DNA of 64,000 bases from Squalus acanthias (lineage: Eukaryota), in contig JASTWF010000365.1 of the NCBI GenBank assembly GCA_030390025.1, positions 186,001 through 250,000 on the forward strand, given 5' to 3'. The notes under the pieces are model-generated. The model did no database searches, was not told the origin of the DNA, and saw nothing but the letters and a program-made list of their open reading frames with translations. The position numbers were made by a program, and so were the translations under genes. Shown piece by piece: positions 39,501 to 53,200 of the stretch. Numbering within the stretch: the stretch's first letter is position 1; each line of letters starts with the position of its first letter.

Positions 39501-42239
39501 GAGACAGAGATACAGAAAGAGAGCGAGACAGATACAGAAAGAAAGAGAGACACAGATACAGAAAGAGAGAGAGAGAGATACAGAAAGAGAGAGAGCCGAG
39601 ACAGAATGAGAGAGGCAGATACAGAAAGAGAGACACAGATACAGAAAGAGAGAGAGACAGATACAGAAAGAGAGAAAGACAGAGACAGAAAGAGAGAGGC
39701 AGATACAGAAAGAGAGACACAGATACAGAAAGAGAGAGAGACAGATACAGAAAGAGAGAGACACAGATACAGAAAGAGAGAGAGATAGATACAGAAAGAG
39801 AGAGAGAGACAGATACAGAAAGAGAGAGAGACAGATACAGAAAGAGAGAGACACAGATACAGAAAGAGAGAGAGACAGATACAGAAAGAGAGAGAGAGAC
39901 AGATACAGAAAGAGAGAGAGACAGATACAGAAAGTGAGAGACACACAGATACAGAAAGAGAGAGAGACAGATACAGAAAGAGGGAGAGACAGATACAGAA
40001 AGAGAGAGAGAGACAGATACAGAGAGAGAGACAGATACAGAAAGAGAGAGAGAGAGACAGATACAGAAAGAGAGAGAGAGCGACAGATACAGAAATAGAG
40101 CGAGGGACAGACACAGAAAGAGAGAGAGACAGATACAGAAAGAGAGAGAGACAGATACAGAAAGAGAGAGAGAGACAGAGACAGAAAGAGAGAGAGACAG
40201 ATACAGAAAGGGAGAGAGAGATACAGAAAGAGAGAGAGAGAGACAGATACAGAGACAAAAAGATACAGAAATAGAGAGAGACAGATACAGAAAGAGAGAG
40301 ACACAGATACAGAAAGAGAGAGATACAGAAAGAGAGAGACGGATACAGAAAGAGAGAGAGAGACAGATACAGAAAGAGAGAGAGAGACAGATACAGAAAG
40401 AGAGATAGAGACAGATACAGAAAGAGAGAGAGACACAGATACAGAAAGAGAGAGAGACACAGATACAGAAAGAGAGAGAGACACAGATACAGAAAGAGAG
40501 AGAGAGATACAGAAAGAGAGCGAGACAGATACAGAAAGAAAGAGAGACACAGATACAGAAAGAGAGAGAGAGAGATACAGATAGAGAGAGAGACAGAGAC
40601 AGAAAGAGAGAGGCAGATACAGAAAGAGAGACACAGATACAGAAAGAGAGAGAGACAGATACAGAAAGAGAGAGAGACAGAGACAGAAAGAGAGAGGCAG
40701 ATACAGAAAGAGAGACACAGATACAGAAAGAGAGAGAGACAGATACAGAAAGAGAGAGACACAGATACAGAAAGAGAGAGAGATAGATACAGAAAGAGAG
40801 AGAGACAGATACAGAAAGAGAGAGAGACAGATACAGAAAGAGAGAGACACAGATACAGAAAGAGAGAGAGACAGATACAGAAAGAGAGAGAGAGACAGAT
40901 ACAGAAAGAGAGAGAGACAGATACAGAAAGAGAGAGACACAGATACAGAAAGAGAGAGAGACAGATACAGAAAGAGGGAGAGACAGATACAGAAAGAGAG
41001 AGAGAGACAGATACAGAGAGAGAGACAGATACAGAAAGAGAGAGAGAGACAGATACAGAAAGAGAGAGAGACAGATACAGAAAGAGAGAGAGAGAGAGAT
41101 ACAGAAAGAGAGAGACAGATACAGAAAGAGAGAGACAGATACAGAAAGAGAGAGAAACAGATACAGAAAGAGAGAGAGACAGACACAGAATGAGTGGGAG
41201 ATAGATTCAGAAAGGGAGAGAGAGATACAGAAAGAGAGAGAGAGAGACAGATACAGAGAGAGACATTTATAGAAAGAGAGAGAGGCAGATACAGAAAGAG
41301 AGAGAGAGACAGATACAGAAAGAGAGCGAGGGACAGATACAGAAAGAGAGAGAGACAGATACAGAAAGAGAGAGAGACAGATAAAGAAAGGGAGAGAGAG
41401 ATACAGAAAGAGAGAGAGAGAGACAGATACAGAGACAAAAAGATACAGAAATAGAGAGAGACAGATACAGAAAGTGAGAGACAGATACAGAAAGAGAGAG
41501 AGACACAGATACAGAAAGAGAGAGATACAGAAAGAGAGAGACGGATACAGAAAGAGAGAGAGACTGATACAGAAAGAGAGAGAGAGACAGATACAGAAAT
41601 AGAGAGAGAGACAGATACAGAAAGAGAGAGAGAGCGACAGATACAGAAAGAGAGCGAGGGACAGACACAGAAAGAGAGAGAGACAGATACAGAAAGAGAG
41701 AGAGACAGATACAGAAAGAGAGAGAGAGACAGAGACAGAAAGAGAGAGAGACAGTTACAGAAAGAGAGAGACAGATACAGAAAGGGAGAGAGAGATACAG
41801 AAAGAGAGAGAGAGAGACAGATACAGAGACAAAAAGATACAGAAATAGAGAGAGACAGATACAGAAAGAGAGAGACACAGATACAGAAAGAGAGAGATAC
41901 AGAAAGAGAGAGACGGATACAGAAAGAGAGAGAGACTGATACAGAAAGAGAGAGAGAGACAGATACAGAAAGAGAGAGAGAGACAGATACAGAAAGAGAG
42001 AGAGAGACAGATACAGAAAGAGAGAGAGAGACAGATACAGAAAGAGAGAGAGAGACAGATACAGAAAGAGAGAGAGAGACAGATACAGAAAGAGAGAGAG
42101 AGTGACAGATACAGAAAGAGAGCGAGGGACAGACACAGAAAGAGAGAGAGACAGATACAGAAAGAGAGAGAGACAGATACAGAAAGAGAGAGAGAGATAG
42201 AGACAGAAAGAGAGAGAGACAGATACAGAAAGAGAGAGA

Positions 42240-44200
42240 GAGACAGATACAGAAAGAGAGAGACAGATACAGAAAGTGAGAGAGAGACAGATACAGAAAG
42301 AGAGAGAGAGACAGATACAGAAAGAAAGACAGATACAGAAAGAGCGAGAGAGAGATACAGAAAGCGAGAGAGACAGATACAGAAAGAGAGAGACAGATAC
42401 AGAAAGAGAGAGAAACAGATACAGAAAGAGAGAGAGACAGATACAGAAAGAGAGAGAGAGACAGATACAGAAAGGGAGAGAGAGATACAGAAAGAGAGAG
42501 AGAGAGACAGATACAGAGAGAAAAAGATACAGAAATAGAGAGAGACAGATACAGAAAGAGAGCGAGACAGATACAGAAAGAGAGAAAGACACAGATACAG
42601 AAAGAGAGAGATACAGAAAGAGAGAGACGGATACAGAAAGAGAGAGAGACTGATACAGAAAGAGAGAGAGAGACAGATACAGAAAGAGAGAGAGAGAGAC
42701 AGATACAGAAAGAGAGAGAGAGACAGATACAGAAAGAGAGAGAGAGAGACAGATACAGAAAGAGAGAGAGAGACAGATACAGAAAGAGAGAGACAGACAG
42801 ATACAAAAAGAGAGAGAGAGACAGATACAGAAAGAGAGAGAGAGCGACAGATACAGAAAGAGAGAGAGACAGATACAGAAAGAGAGAGAGACAGATACAG
42901 AAAGGGAGAGAGAGAGACAAATACAGAAAGAGAGAGAGACAGATACAGAGAGAGACACAGATACAGAAAGAGAGAGAGAGACAGATACAGAAAGAGAGAG
43001 ACAGATACAGAAAGAAAGAGAGACAGATACAGAAAGTGAGAGAGAGAGAGATACAGAAAGCGAGAGAGACAGATACAGAAAGAGAGAGACAGATACAGAA
43101 AGAGAGAGAAACAGATACAGAAAGAGAGAGAGACAGATACAGAAAGAGCGGGAGATAGATTCAGAAAGGGAGAGAGAGATACAGAAAGATAGAGAGAGAC
43201 AGATACAGAGAGAGAGAGAGACAGATACAGAAAGAGAGAGACAGATACAGAAAGTGAGAGAGAGACAGATACAGAAAGAGAGAGAGAGACAGATACAGAA
43301 AGAAAGACAGATACAGAAAGAGCGAGAGAGAGATACAGAAAGCGAGAGAGACAGATACAGAAAGAGAGAGACAGATACAGAAAGAGAGAGAAACAGATAC
43401 AGAAAGAGAGAGAGACAGATACAGAAAGAGAGAGAGAGACAGATACAGAAAGGGAGAGAGAGATACAGAAAGAGAGAGAGAGAGACAGATACAGAGAGAA
43501 AAAGATACAGAAATAGAGAGAGACAGATACAGAAAGAGAGCGAGACAGATACAGAAAGAGAGAAAGACACAGATACAGAAAGAGAGAGATACAGAAAGAG
43601 AGAGACGGATACAGAAAGAGAGAGAGACTGATACAGAAAGAGAGAGAGAGACAGATACAGAAAGAGAGAGAGAGAGACAGATACAGAAAGAGAGAGAGAG
43701 ACAGATACAGAAAGAGAGAGAGAGAGACAGATACAGAAAGAGAGAGAGAGACAGATACAGAAAGAGAGAGACAGACAGATAAAAAAAGAGAGAGAGAGAC
43801 AGATACAGAAAGAGAGAGAGAGCGACAGATACAGAAAGAGAGAGAGACAGATACAGAAAGAGAGAGAGACAGATACAGAAAGGGAGAGAGAGAGACAAAT
43901 ACAGAAAGAGAGAGAGACAGATACAGAGAGAGACACAGATACAGAAAGAGAGAGAGAGACAGATACAGAAAGAGAGAGACAGATACAGAAAGAAAGAGAG
44001 ACAGATACAGAAAGTGAGAGAGAGAGAGATACAGAAAGCGAGAGAGACAGATACAGAAAGAGAGAGACAGATACAGAAAGAGAGAGAAACAGATACAGAA
44101 AGAGAGAGAGACAGATACAGAAAGAGCGGGAGATAGATTCAGAAAGGGAGAGAGAGATACAGAAAGATAGAGAGAGACAGATACAGAGAGAGAGAGAGAC
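42240..44200 (+). repeat. 978-bp tandem duplication
   Basis: Identical 125-aa pseudo-ORFs start at 42276 and 43254. GAGCGGGAGATAGATTC has its TCA at 43161 and 44139, and GACAAATAC anchors lie at 42920 and 43898. All three offsets are 978. Confidence 0.88.
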
Positions 44201-47200
44201 AGATACAGAAAGAGAGAGAGACAGATACAGAAAGAGAGCGAGGGACAGATACAGAGAGAGAGACAGATACAGCAAGAGAGAGAAAGATACAGAAAGAGAG
44301 AGAGAGACAGATACAGAAAGAGAGAGACAGATACAGAAAGAGAGAGAAACAGATACAGAAAGAGAGAGACAGATACAGAAAGAGAGAGATACAGATATAG
44401 AAAGAGAGAGAGACACAGATACAGAAAGAGAGAGAGAGATACAGAAAGAGAGCGAGACAGATACAGAAAGAAAGAGAGACACAGATACAGAAAGAGAGAG
44501 AGAGAGATACAGATAGAGAGAGAGACAGAGACAGAAAGAGAGAGGCAGATACAGAAAGAGAGACACAGATACAGAAAGAGAGAGAGACAGATACAGAAAG
44601 AGAGAGAGACAGAGACAGAAAGAGAGAGGCAGATACAGAAAGAGAGACACAGATACAGAAAGAGAGAGAGACAGATACAGAAAGAGAGAGACACAGATAC
44701 AGAAAGAGAGAGAGATAGATACAGAAAGAGAGAGAGACAGATACAGAAAGAGAGAGAGACAGATACAGAAAGAGAGAGACACAGATACAGAAAGAGAGAG
44801 AGACAGATACAGAAAGAGAGAGAGAGACAGATACAGAAAGAGAGAGAGACAGATACAGAAAGAGAGAGACACAGATACAGAAAGAGAGAGAGACAGATAC
44901 AGAAAGAGGGAGAGACAGATACAGAAAGAGAGAGAGAGACAGATACAGAGAGAGAGACAGATACAGAAAGAGAGAGAGAGACAGATACAGAAAGAGAGAG
45001 AGACAGATACAGAAAGAGAGAGAGAGAGAGATACAGAAAGAGAGAGACAGATACAGAAAGAGAGAGACAGATACAGAAAGAGAGAGAAACAGATACAGAA
45101 AGAGAGAGAGACAGACACAGAATGAGTGGGAGATAGATTCAGAAAGGGAGAGAGAGATACAGAAAGAGAGAGAGAGAGACAGATACAGAGAGAGACATTT
45201 ATAGAAAGAGAGAGAGGCAGATACAGAAAGAGAGAGAGAGACAGATACAGAAAGAGAGCGAGGGACAGATACAGAAAGAGAGAGAGACAGATACAGAAAG
45301 AGAGAGAGACAGATACAGAAAGGGAGAGAGAGATACAGAAAGAGAGAGAGAGAGACAGATACAGAGACAAAAAGATACAGAAATAGAGAGAGACAGATAC
45401 AGAAAGTGAGAGACAGATACAGAAAGAGAGAGAGACACAGACACAGAAAGAGAGAGATACAGAAAGAGAGAGACGGATACAGAAAGAGAGAGAGACTGAT
45501 ACAGAAAGAGAGAGAGAGACAGATACAGAAATAGAGAGAGAGACAGATACAGAAAGAGAGAGAGACAGATACAGAAAGAGAGAGACACAGATACAGAAAG
45601 AGAGAGAGATAGATACAGAAAGAGAGAGAGAGACAGATACAGAAAGAGAGAGAGACAGATACAGAAAGAGAGAGACACAGATACAGAAAGAGAGAGAGAC
45701 AGATACAGAAAGAGAGAGAGAGACAGATACAGAAAGAGAGAGAGACAGATACAGAAAGAGAGACACACAGATACAGAAAGAGAGAGAGACAGATACAGAA
45801 AGAGGGAGAGACAGATACAGAAAGAGAGAGAGAGACAGATACAGAGAGAGAGACAGATACAGAAAGAGAGAGAGAGACAGATACAGAAAGAGAGAGAGAG
45901 CGACAGATACAGAAATAGAGCGAGGGACAGACACAGAAAGAGAGAGAGACAGATACAGAAAGAGAGAGAGACAGATACAGAAAGAGAGAGAGAGACAGAG
46001 ACAGAAAGAGAGAGAGACAGATACAGAAAGGGAGAGAGAGATACAGAAAGAGAGAGAGAGAGACAGATACAGAGACAAAAAGATACAGAAATAGAGAGAG
46101 ACAGATACAGAAAGAGAGAGACACAGATACAGAAAGAGAGAGATACAGAAAGAGAGAGACGGATACAGAAAGAGAGAGAGAGACAGATACAGAAAGAGAG
46201 AGAGAGACAGATACAGAAAGAGAGAGAGAGACAGATACAGAAAGAGAGAGAGACACAGATACAGAAAGAGAGAGAGACACAGATACAGAAAGAGAGAGAG
46301 AGACACAGATACAGAAAGAGAGAGAGAGATACAGAAAGAGAGCGAGACAGATACAGAAAGAAAGAGAGACACAGATACAGAAAGAGAGAGAGAGAGATAC
46401 AGATAGAGAGAGAGACAGAGACAGAAAGAGAGAGGCAGATACAGAAAGAGAGACACAGATACAGAAAGAGAGAGAGACAGATGCAGAAAGAGAGAGAGAC
46501 AGAGACAGAAAGAGAGAGGCAGATACAGAAAGAGAGACACAGATACAGAAAGAGAGAGAGACAGATACAGAAAGAGAGAGACACAGATACAGAAAGAGAG
46601 AGAGATAGATACAGAAAGAGAGAGAGACAGATACAGAAAGAGAGAGAGACAGATACAGAAAGAGAGAGACACAGATACAGAAAGAGAGAGAGACAGATAC
46701 AGAAAGAGAGAGAGAGACAGATACAGAAAGAGAGAGAGACAGATACAGAAAGAGAGAGACACAGATACAGAAAGAGAGAGAGACAGATACAGAAAGAGGG
46801 AGAGACAGATACAGAAAGAGAGAGAGAGACAGATACAGAGAGAGAGACAGATACAGAAAGAGAGAGAGAGACAGATACAGAAAGAGAGAGAGACAGATAC
46901 AGAAAGAGAGAGAGAGAGAGATACAGAAAGAGAGAGACAGATACAGAAAGAGAGAGACAGATACAGAAGAGAGAGAAACAGATACAGAAAGAGAGAGAGA
47001 CAGACACAGAATGAGTGGGAGATAGATTCAGAAAGGGAGAGAGAGATACAGAAAGAGAGAGAGAGAGACAGATACAGAGAGAGACATTTATAGAAAGAGA
47101 GAGAGGCAGATACAGAAAGAGAGAGAGAGACAGATACAGAAAGAGAGCGAGGGACAGATACAGAAAGAGAGAGAGACAGATACGGAAAGAGAGAGAGACA

Positions 47201-50200
47201 GATACAGAAAGGGAGAGAGAGATACAGAAAGAGAGAGAGAGAGACAGATACAGAGACAAAAAGATACAGAAATAGAGAGAGACAGATACAGAAAGTGAGA
47301 GACAGATACAGAAAGAGAGAGAGACACAGATACAGAAAGAGAGAGATACAGAAAGAGAGAGACGGATACAGAAAGAGAGAGACTGATACAGAAAGAGAGA
47401 GAGAGACAGATACAGAAATAGAGAGAGAGACAGATACAGAAAGAGAGAGAGAGCGACAGATACAGAAAGAGAGCGAGGGACAGACACAGAAAGAGAGAGA
47501 GACAGATACAGAAAGAGAGAGAGACAGATACAGAAAGAGAGAGAGAGACAGAGACAGAACGAGAGAGAGACAGTTACAGAAAGAGAGAGACAGATACAGA
47601 AAGGGAGAGAGAGATACAGAAAGAGAGAGAGAGAGACAGATACAGAGACAAAAAGATACAGAAATAGAGAGAGACAGATACAGAAAGAGAGAGACACAGA
47701 TACAGAAAGAGAGAGATACAGAAAGAGAGAGACGGATACAGAAAGAGAGAGAGACTGATACAGAAAGAGAGAGAGAGACAGATACAGAAAGAGAGAGAGA
47801 GACAGATACAGAAAGAGAGAGAGAGACAGATACAGAAAGAGAGAGAGAGACAGATACAGAAAGAGAGAGAGAGACAGATACAGAAAGAGAGAGAGAGACA
47901 GATACAGAAAGAGAGAGAGAGTGACAGATACAGAAAGAGAGCGAGGGACAGATACAGAAAGAGAGAGAGAGATAGAGACAGAAAGAGAGAGAGACAGATA
48001 CAGAAAGAGAGAGAGAGACAGATACAGAAAGAGAGAGACAGATACAGAAAGTGAGAGAGAGACAGATACAGAAAGAGAGAGAGAGACAGATACAGAAAGA
48101 AAGACAGATACAGAAAGAGCGAGAGAGAGATACAGAAAGCGAGAGAGACAGATACAGAAAGAGAGAGACAGATACAGAAAGAGAGAGAAACAGATACAGA
48201 AAGAGAGAGAGACAGATACAGAAAGAGAGAGAGAGACAGATACAGAAAGGGAGAGAGAGATACAGAAAGAGAGAGAGAGAGACAGATACAGAGAGAAAAA
48301 GATACAGAAATAGAGAGAGACAGATACAGAAAGAGAGCGAGACAGATACAGAAAGAGAGAAAGACACAGATACAGAAAGAGAGAGATACAGAAAGAGAGA
48401 GACGGATACAGAAAGAGAGAGAGACTGATACAGAAAGAGAGAGAGAGACAGATACAGAAAGAGAGAGAGAGAGACAGATACAGAAAGAGAGAGAGAGACA
48501 GATACAGAAAGAGAGAGAGAGAGACAGATACAGAAAGAGAGAGAGAGACAGATACAGAAAGAGAGAGACAGACAGATACAAAAAGAGAGAGAGAGACAGA
48601 TACAGAAAGAGAGAGAGAGCGACAGATACAGAAAGAGAGAGAGACAGATACAGAAAGAGAGAGAGACAGATACAGAAAGGGAGAGAGAGAGACAAATACA
48701 GAAAGAGAGAGAGACAGATACAGAGAGAGACACAGATACAGAAAGAGAGAGAGAGACAGATACAGAAAGAGAGAGACAGATACAGAAAGAAAGAGAGACA
48801 GATACAGAAAGTGAGAGAGAGAGAGATACAGAAAGCGAGAGAGACAGATACAGAAAGAGAGAGACAGATACAGAAAGAGAGAGAAACAGATACAGAAAGA
48901 GAGAGAGACAGATACAGAAAGAGCGGGAGATAGATTCAGAAAGGGAGAGAGAGATACAGAAAGATAGAGAGAGACAGATACAGAGAGAGAGAGAGAGACA
49001 GATACAGAAAGAGAGAGAGACAGATACAGAAAGAGAGCGAGGGACAGATACAGAGAGAGAGACAGATACAGCAAGAGAGAGAAAGATACAGAAAGAGAGA
49101 GAGAGACAGATACAGAAAGAGAGAGACAGATACAGAAAGAGAGAGAAACAGATACAGAAAGAGAGAGACAGATACAGAAAGAGAGAGATACAGATATAGA
49201 AAGAGAGAGAGACACAGATACAGAAAGAGAGAGAGAGATACAGTAAGAGAGCGAGACAGATACAGAAAGAAAGAGAGACACAGATACAGAAAGAGAGAGA
49301 GAGAGATACAGATAGAGAGAGAGACAGAGACAGAAAGAGAGAGGCAGATACAGAAAGAGAGACACAGATACAGAAAGAGAGAGAGACAGATACAGAAAGA
49401 GAGAGAGACAGAGACAGAAAGAGAGAGGCAGATACAGAAAGAGAGACACAGATACAGAAAGAGAGAGAGACAGATACAGAAAGAGAGAGACACAGATACA
49501 GAAAGAGAGAGAGATAGATACAGAAAGAGAGAGAGACAGATACAGAAAGAGAGAGAGACAGATACAGAAAGAGAGAGACACAGATACAGAAAGAGAGAGA
49601 GACAGATACAGAAAGAGAGAGAGAGACAGATACAGAAAGAGAGAGAGACAGATACAGAAAGAGAGAGACACAGATACAGAAAGAGAGAGAGACAGATACA
49701 GAAAGAGGGAGAGACAGATACAGAAAGAGAGAGAGAGACAGATACAGAGAGAGAGACAGATACAGAAAGAGAGAGAGAGACAGATACAGAAAGAGAGAGA
49801 GACAGATACAGAAAGAGAGAGAGAGATACAGAAAGAGAGAGACAGATACAGAAAGAGAGAGACAGATACAGAAAGAGAGAGAAACAGATACAGAAAGAGA
49901 GAGAGACAGACACAGAATGAGTGGGAGATAGATTCAGAAAGGGAGAGAGAGATACAGAAAGAGAGAGAGAGAGACAGATACAGAGAGAGACATTTATAGA
50001 AAGAGAGAGAGGCAGATACAGAAAGAGAGAGAGAGACAGATACAGAAAGAGAGCGAGGGACAGATACAGAAAGAGAGAGAGACAGATACAGAAAGAGAGA
50101 GAGACAGATACAGAAAGGGAGAGAGAGATACAGAAAGAGAGAGAGAGAGACAGATACAGAGACAAAAAGATACAGAAATAGAGAGAGACAGATACAGAAA

Positions 50201-53200
50201 GTGAGAGACAGATACAGAAAGAGAGAGAGACACAGATACAGAAAGAGAGAGATACAGAAAGAGAGAGACGGATACAGAAAGAGAGAGAGACTGATACAGA
50301 AAGAGAGAGAGAGACAGATACAGAAAGAGAGAGAGAGCGACAGATACAGAAAGAGAGCGAGGGACAGACACAGAAAGAGAGAGAGACAGATACAGAAAGA
50401 GAGAGAGACAGATACAGAAAGAGAGAGAGAGACAGAGACAGAAAGAGAGAGAGACAGTTACAGAAAGAGAGAGACAGATACAGAAAGGGAGAGAGAGATA
50501 CAGAAAGAGAGAGAGAGAGACAGATACAGAGACAAAAAGATACAGAAATAGAGAGAGACAGATACAGAAAGAGAGAGACACAGATACAGAAAGAGAGAGA
50601 TACAGAAAGAGAGAGACGGATACAGAAAGAGAGAGAGACTGATACAGAAAGAGAGAGAGAGACAGATACAGAAAGAGAGAGAGAGACAGATACAGAAAGA
50701 GAGAGAGAGACAGATACAGAAAGAGAGAGAGAGACAGATACAGAAAGAGAGAGAGAGACAGATACAGAAAGAGAGAGAGAGACAGATACAGAAAGAGAGA
50801 GAGAGTGACAGATACAGAAAGAGAGCGAGGGACAGACACAGAAAGAGAGAGAGACAGATACAGAAAGAGAGAGAGAGATACAGAAAGAGAGAGAGAGAGA
50901 CAGATACAGAGACAAAAAGATACAGAAATAGAGAGAGACAGATACAGAAAGTGAGAGACAGATACAGAAAGAGAGAGAGACACAGATACAGAAAGAGAGA
51001 GATACAGAAAGAGAGAGACGGATACAGAAAGAGAGAGACTGATACAGAAAGAGAGAGAGAGACAGATACAGAAATAGAGAGAGAGACAGATACAGAAAGA
51101 GAGAGAGAGCGACAGATACAGAAAGAGAGCGAGGGACAGACACAGAAAGAGAGAGAGACAGATACAGAAAGAGAGAGAGACAGATACAGAAAGAGAGAGA
51201 GAGACAGAGACAGAACGAGAGAGAGACAGTTACAGAAAGAGAGAGACAGATACAGAAAGGGAGAGAGAGATACAGAAAGAGAGAGAGAGAGACAGATACA
51301 GAGACAAAAAGATACAGAAATAGAGAGAGACAGATACAGAAAGAGAGAGACACAGATACAGAAAGAGAGAGATACAGAAAGAGAGAGACGGATACAGAAA
51401 GAGAGAGAGACTGATACAGAAAGAGAGAGAGAGACAGATACAGAAAGAGAGAGAGAGACAGATACAGAAAGAGAGAGAGAGACAGATACAGAAAGAGAGA
51501 GAGAGACAGATACAGAAAGAGAGAGAGAGACAGATACAGAAAGAGAGAGAGAGACAGATACAGAAAGAGAGAGAGAGTGACAGATACAGAAAGAGAGCGA
51601 GGGACAGACACAGAAAGAGAGAGAGACAGATACAGAAAGAGAGAGAGACAGATACAGAAAGAGAGAGAGAGATAGAGACAGAAAGAGAGAGAGACAGATA
51701 CAGAAAGAGAGAGAGAGACAGATACAGAAAGAGAGAGACAGATACAGAAAGTGAGAGAGAGACAGATACAGAAAGAGAGAGAGAGACAGATACAGAAAGA
51801 AAGACAGATACAGAAAGAGCGAGAGAGAGATACAGAAAGCGAGAGAGACAGATACAGAAAGAGAGAGACAGATACAGAAAGAGAGAGAAACAGATACAGA
51901 AAGAGAGAGAGACAGATACAGAAAGAGAGAGAGAGACAGATACAGAAAGGGAGAGAGAGATACAGAAAGAGAGAGAGAGAGACAGATACAGAGAGAGAAA
52001 GATACAGAAATAGAGAGAGACAGATACAGAAAGAGAGCGAGACAGATACAGAAAGAGAGAAAGACACAGATACAGAAAGAGAGAGATACAGAAAGAGAGA
52101 GACGGATACAGAAAGAGAGAGAGACTGATACAGAAAGAGAGAGAGAGACAGATACAGAAAGAGAGAGAGAGAGACAGATACAGAAAGAGAGAGAGAGACA
52201 GATACAGAAAGAGAGAGAGAGAGACAGATACAGAAAGAGAGAGAGAGACAGATACAGAAAGAGAGAGACAGACAGATACAAAAAGAGAGAGAGAGACAGA
52301 TACAGAAAGAGAGAGAGAGCGACAGATACAGAAAGAGAGAGAGACAGATACAGAAAGAGAGAGAGACAGATACAGAAAGGGAGAGAGAGAGACAAATACA
52401 GAAAGAGAGAGAGACAGATACAGAGAGAGACACAGATACAGAAAGAGAGAGAGAGACAGATACAGAAAGAGAGAGACAGATACAGAAAGAAAGAGAGACA
52501 GATACAGAAAGTGAGAGAGAGAGAGATACAGAAAGCGAGAGAGACAGATACAGAAAGAGAGAGACAGATACAGAAAGAGAGAGAAACAGATACAGAAAGA
52601 GAGAGAGACAGATACAGAAAGAGCGGGAGATAGATTCAGAAAGAGAGAGAGACAGATACAGAAAGAGAGCGAGGGACAGATACAGAGAGAGAGACAGATA
52701 CAGCAAGAGAGAGAAAGATACAGAAAGAGAGAGAGAGACAGATACAGAAAGAGAGAGACAGATACAGAAAGAGAGAGAAACAGATACAGAAAGAGAGAGA
52801 CAGATACAGAAAGAGAGAGATACAGATATAGAAAGAGAGAGAGACACAGATACAGAAAGAGAGAGAGAGATACAGAAAGAGAGCGAGACAGATACAGAAA
52901 GAAAGAGAGACACAGATACAGAAAGAGAGAGAGAGAGATACAGATAGAGAGAGAGACAGAGACAGAAAGAGAGAGGCAGATACAGAAAGAGAGACACAGA
53001 TACAGAAAGAGAGAGAGACAGATACAGAAAGAGAGAGAGACAGAGACAGAAAGAGAGAGGCAGATACAGAAAGAGAGACACAGATACAGAAAGAGAGAGA
53101 GACAGATACAGAAAGAGAGAGACACAGATACAGAAAGAGAGAGAGATAGATACAGAAAGAGAGAGAGACAGATACAGAAAGAGAGAGAGACAGATACAGA

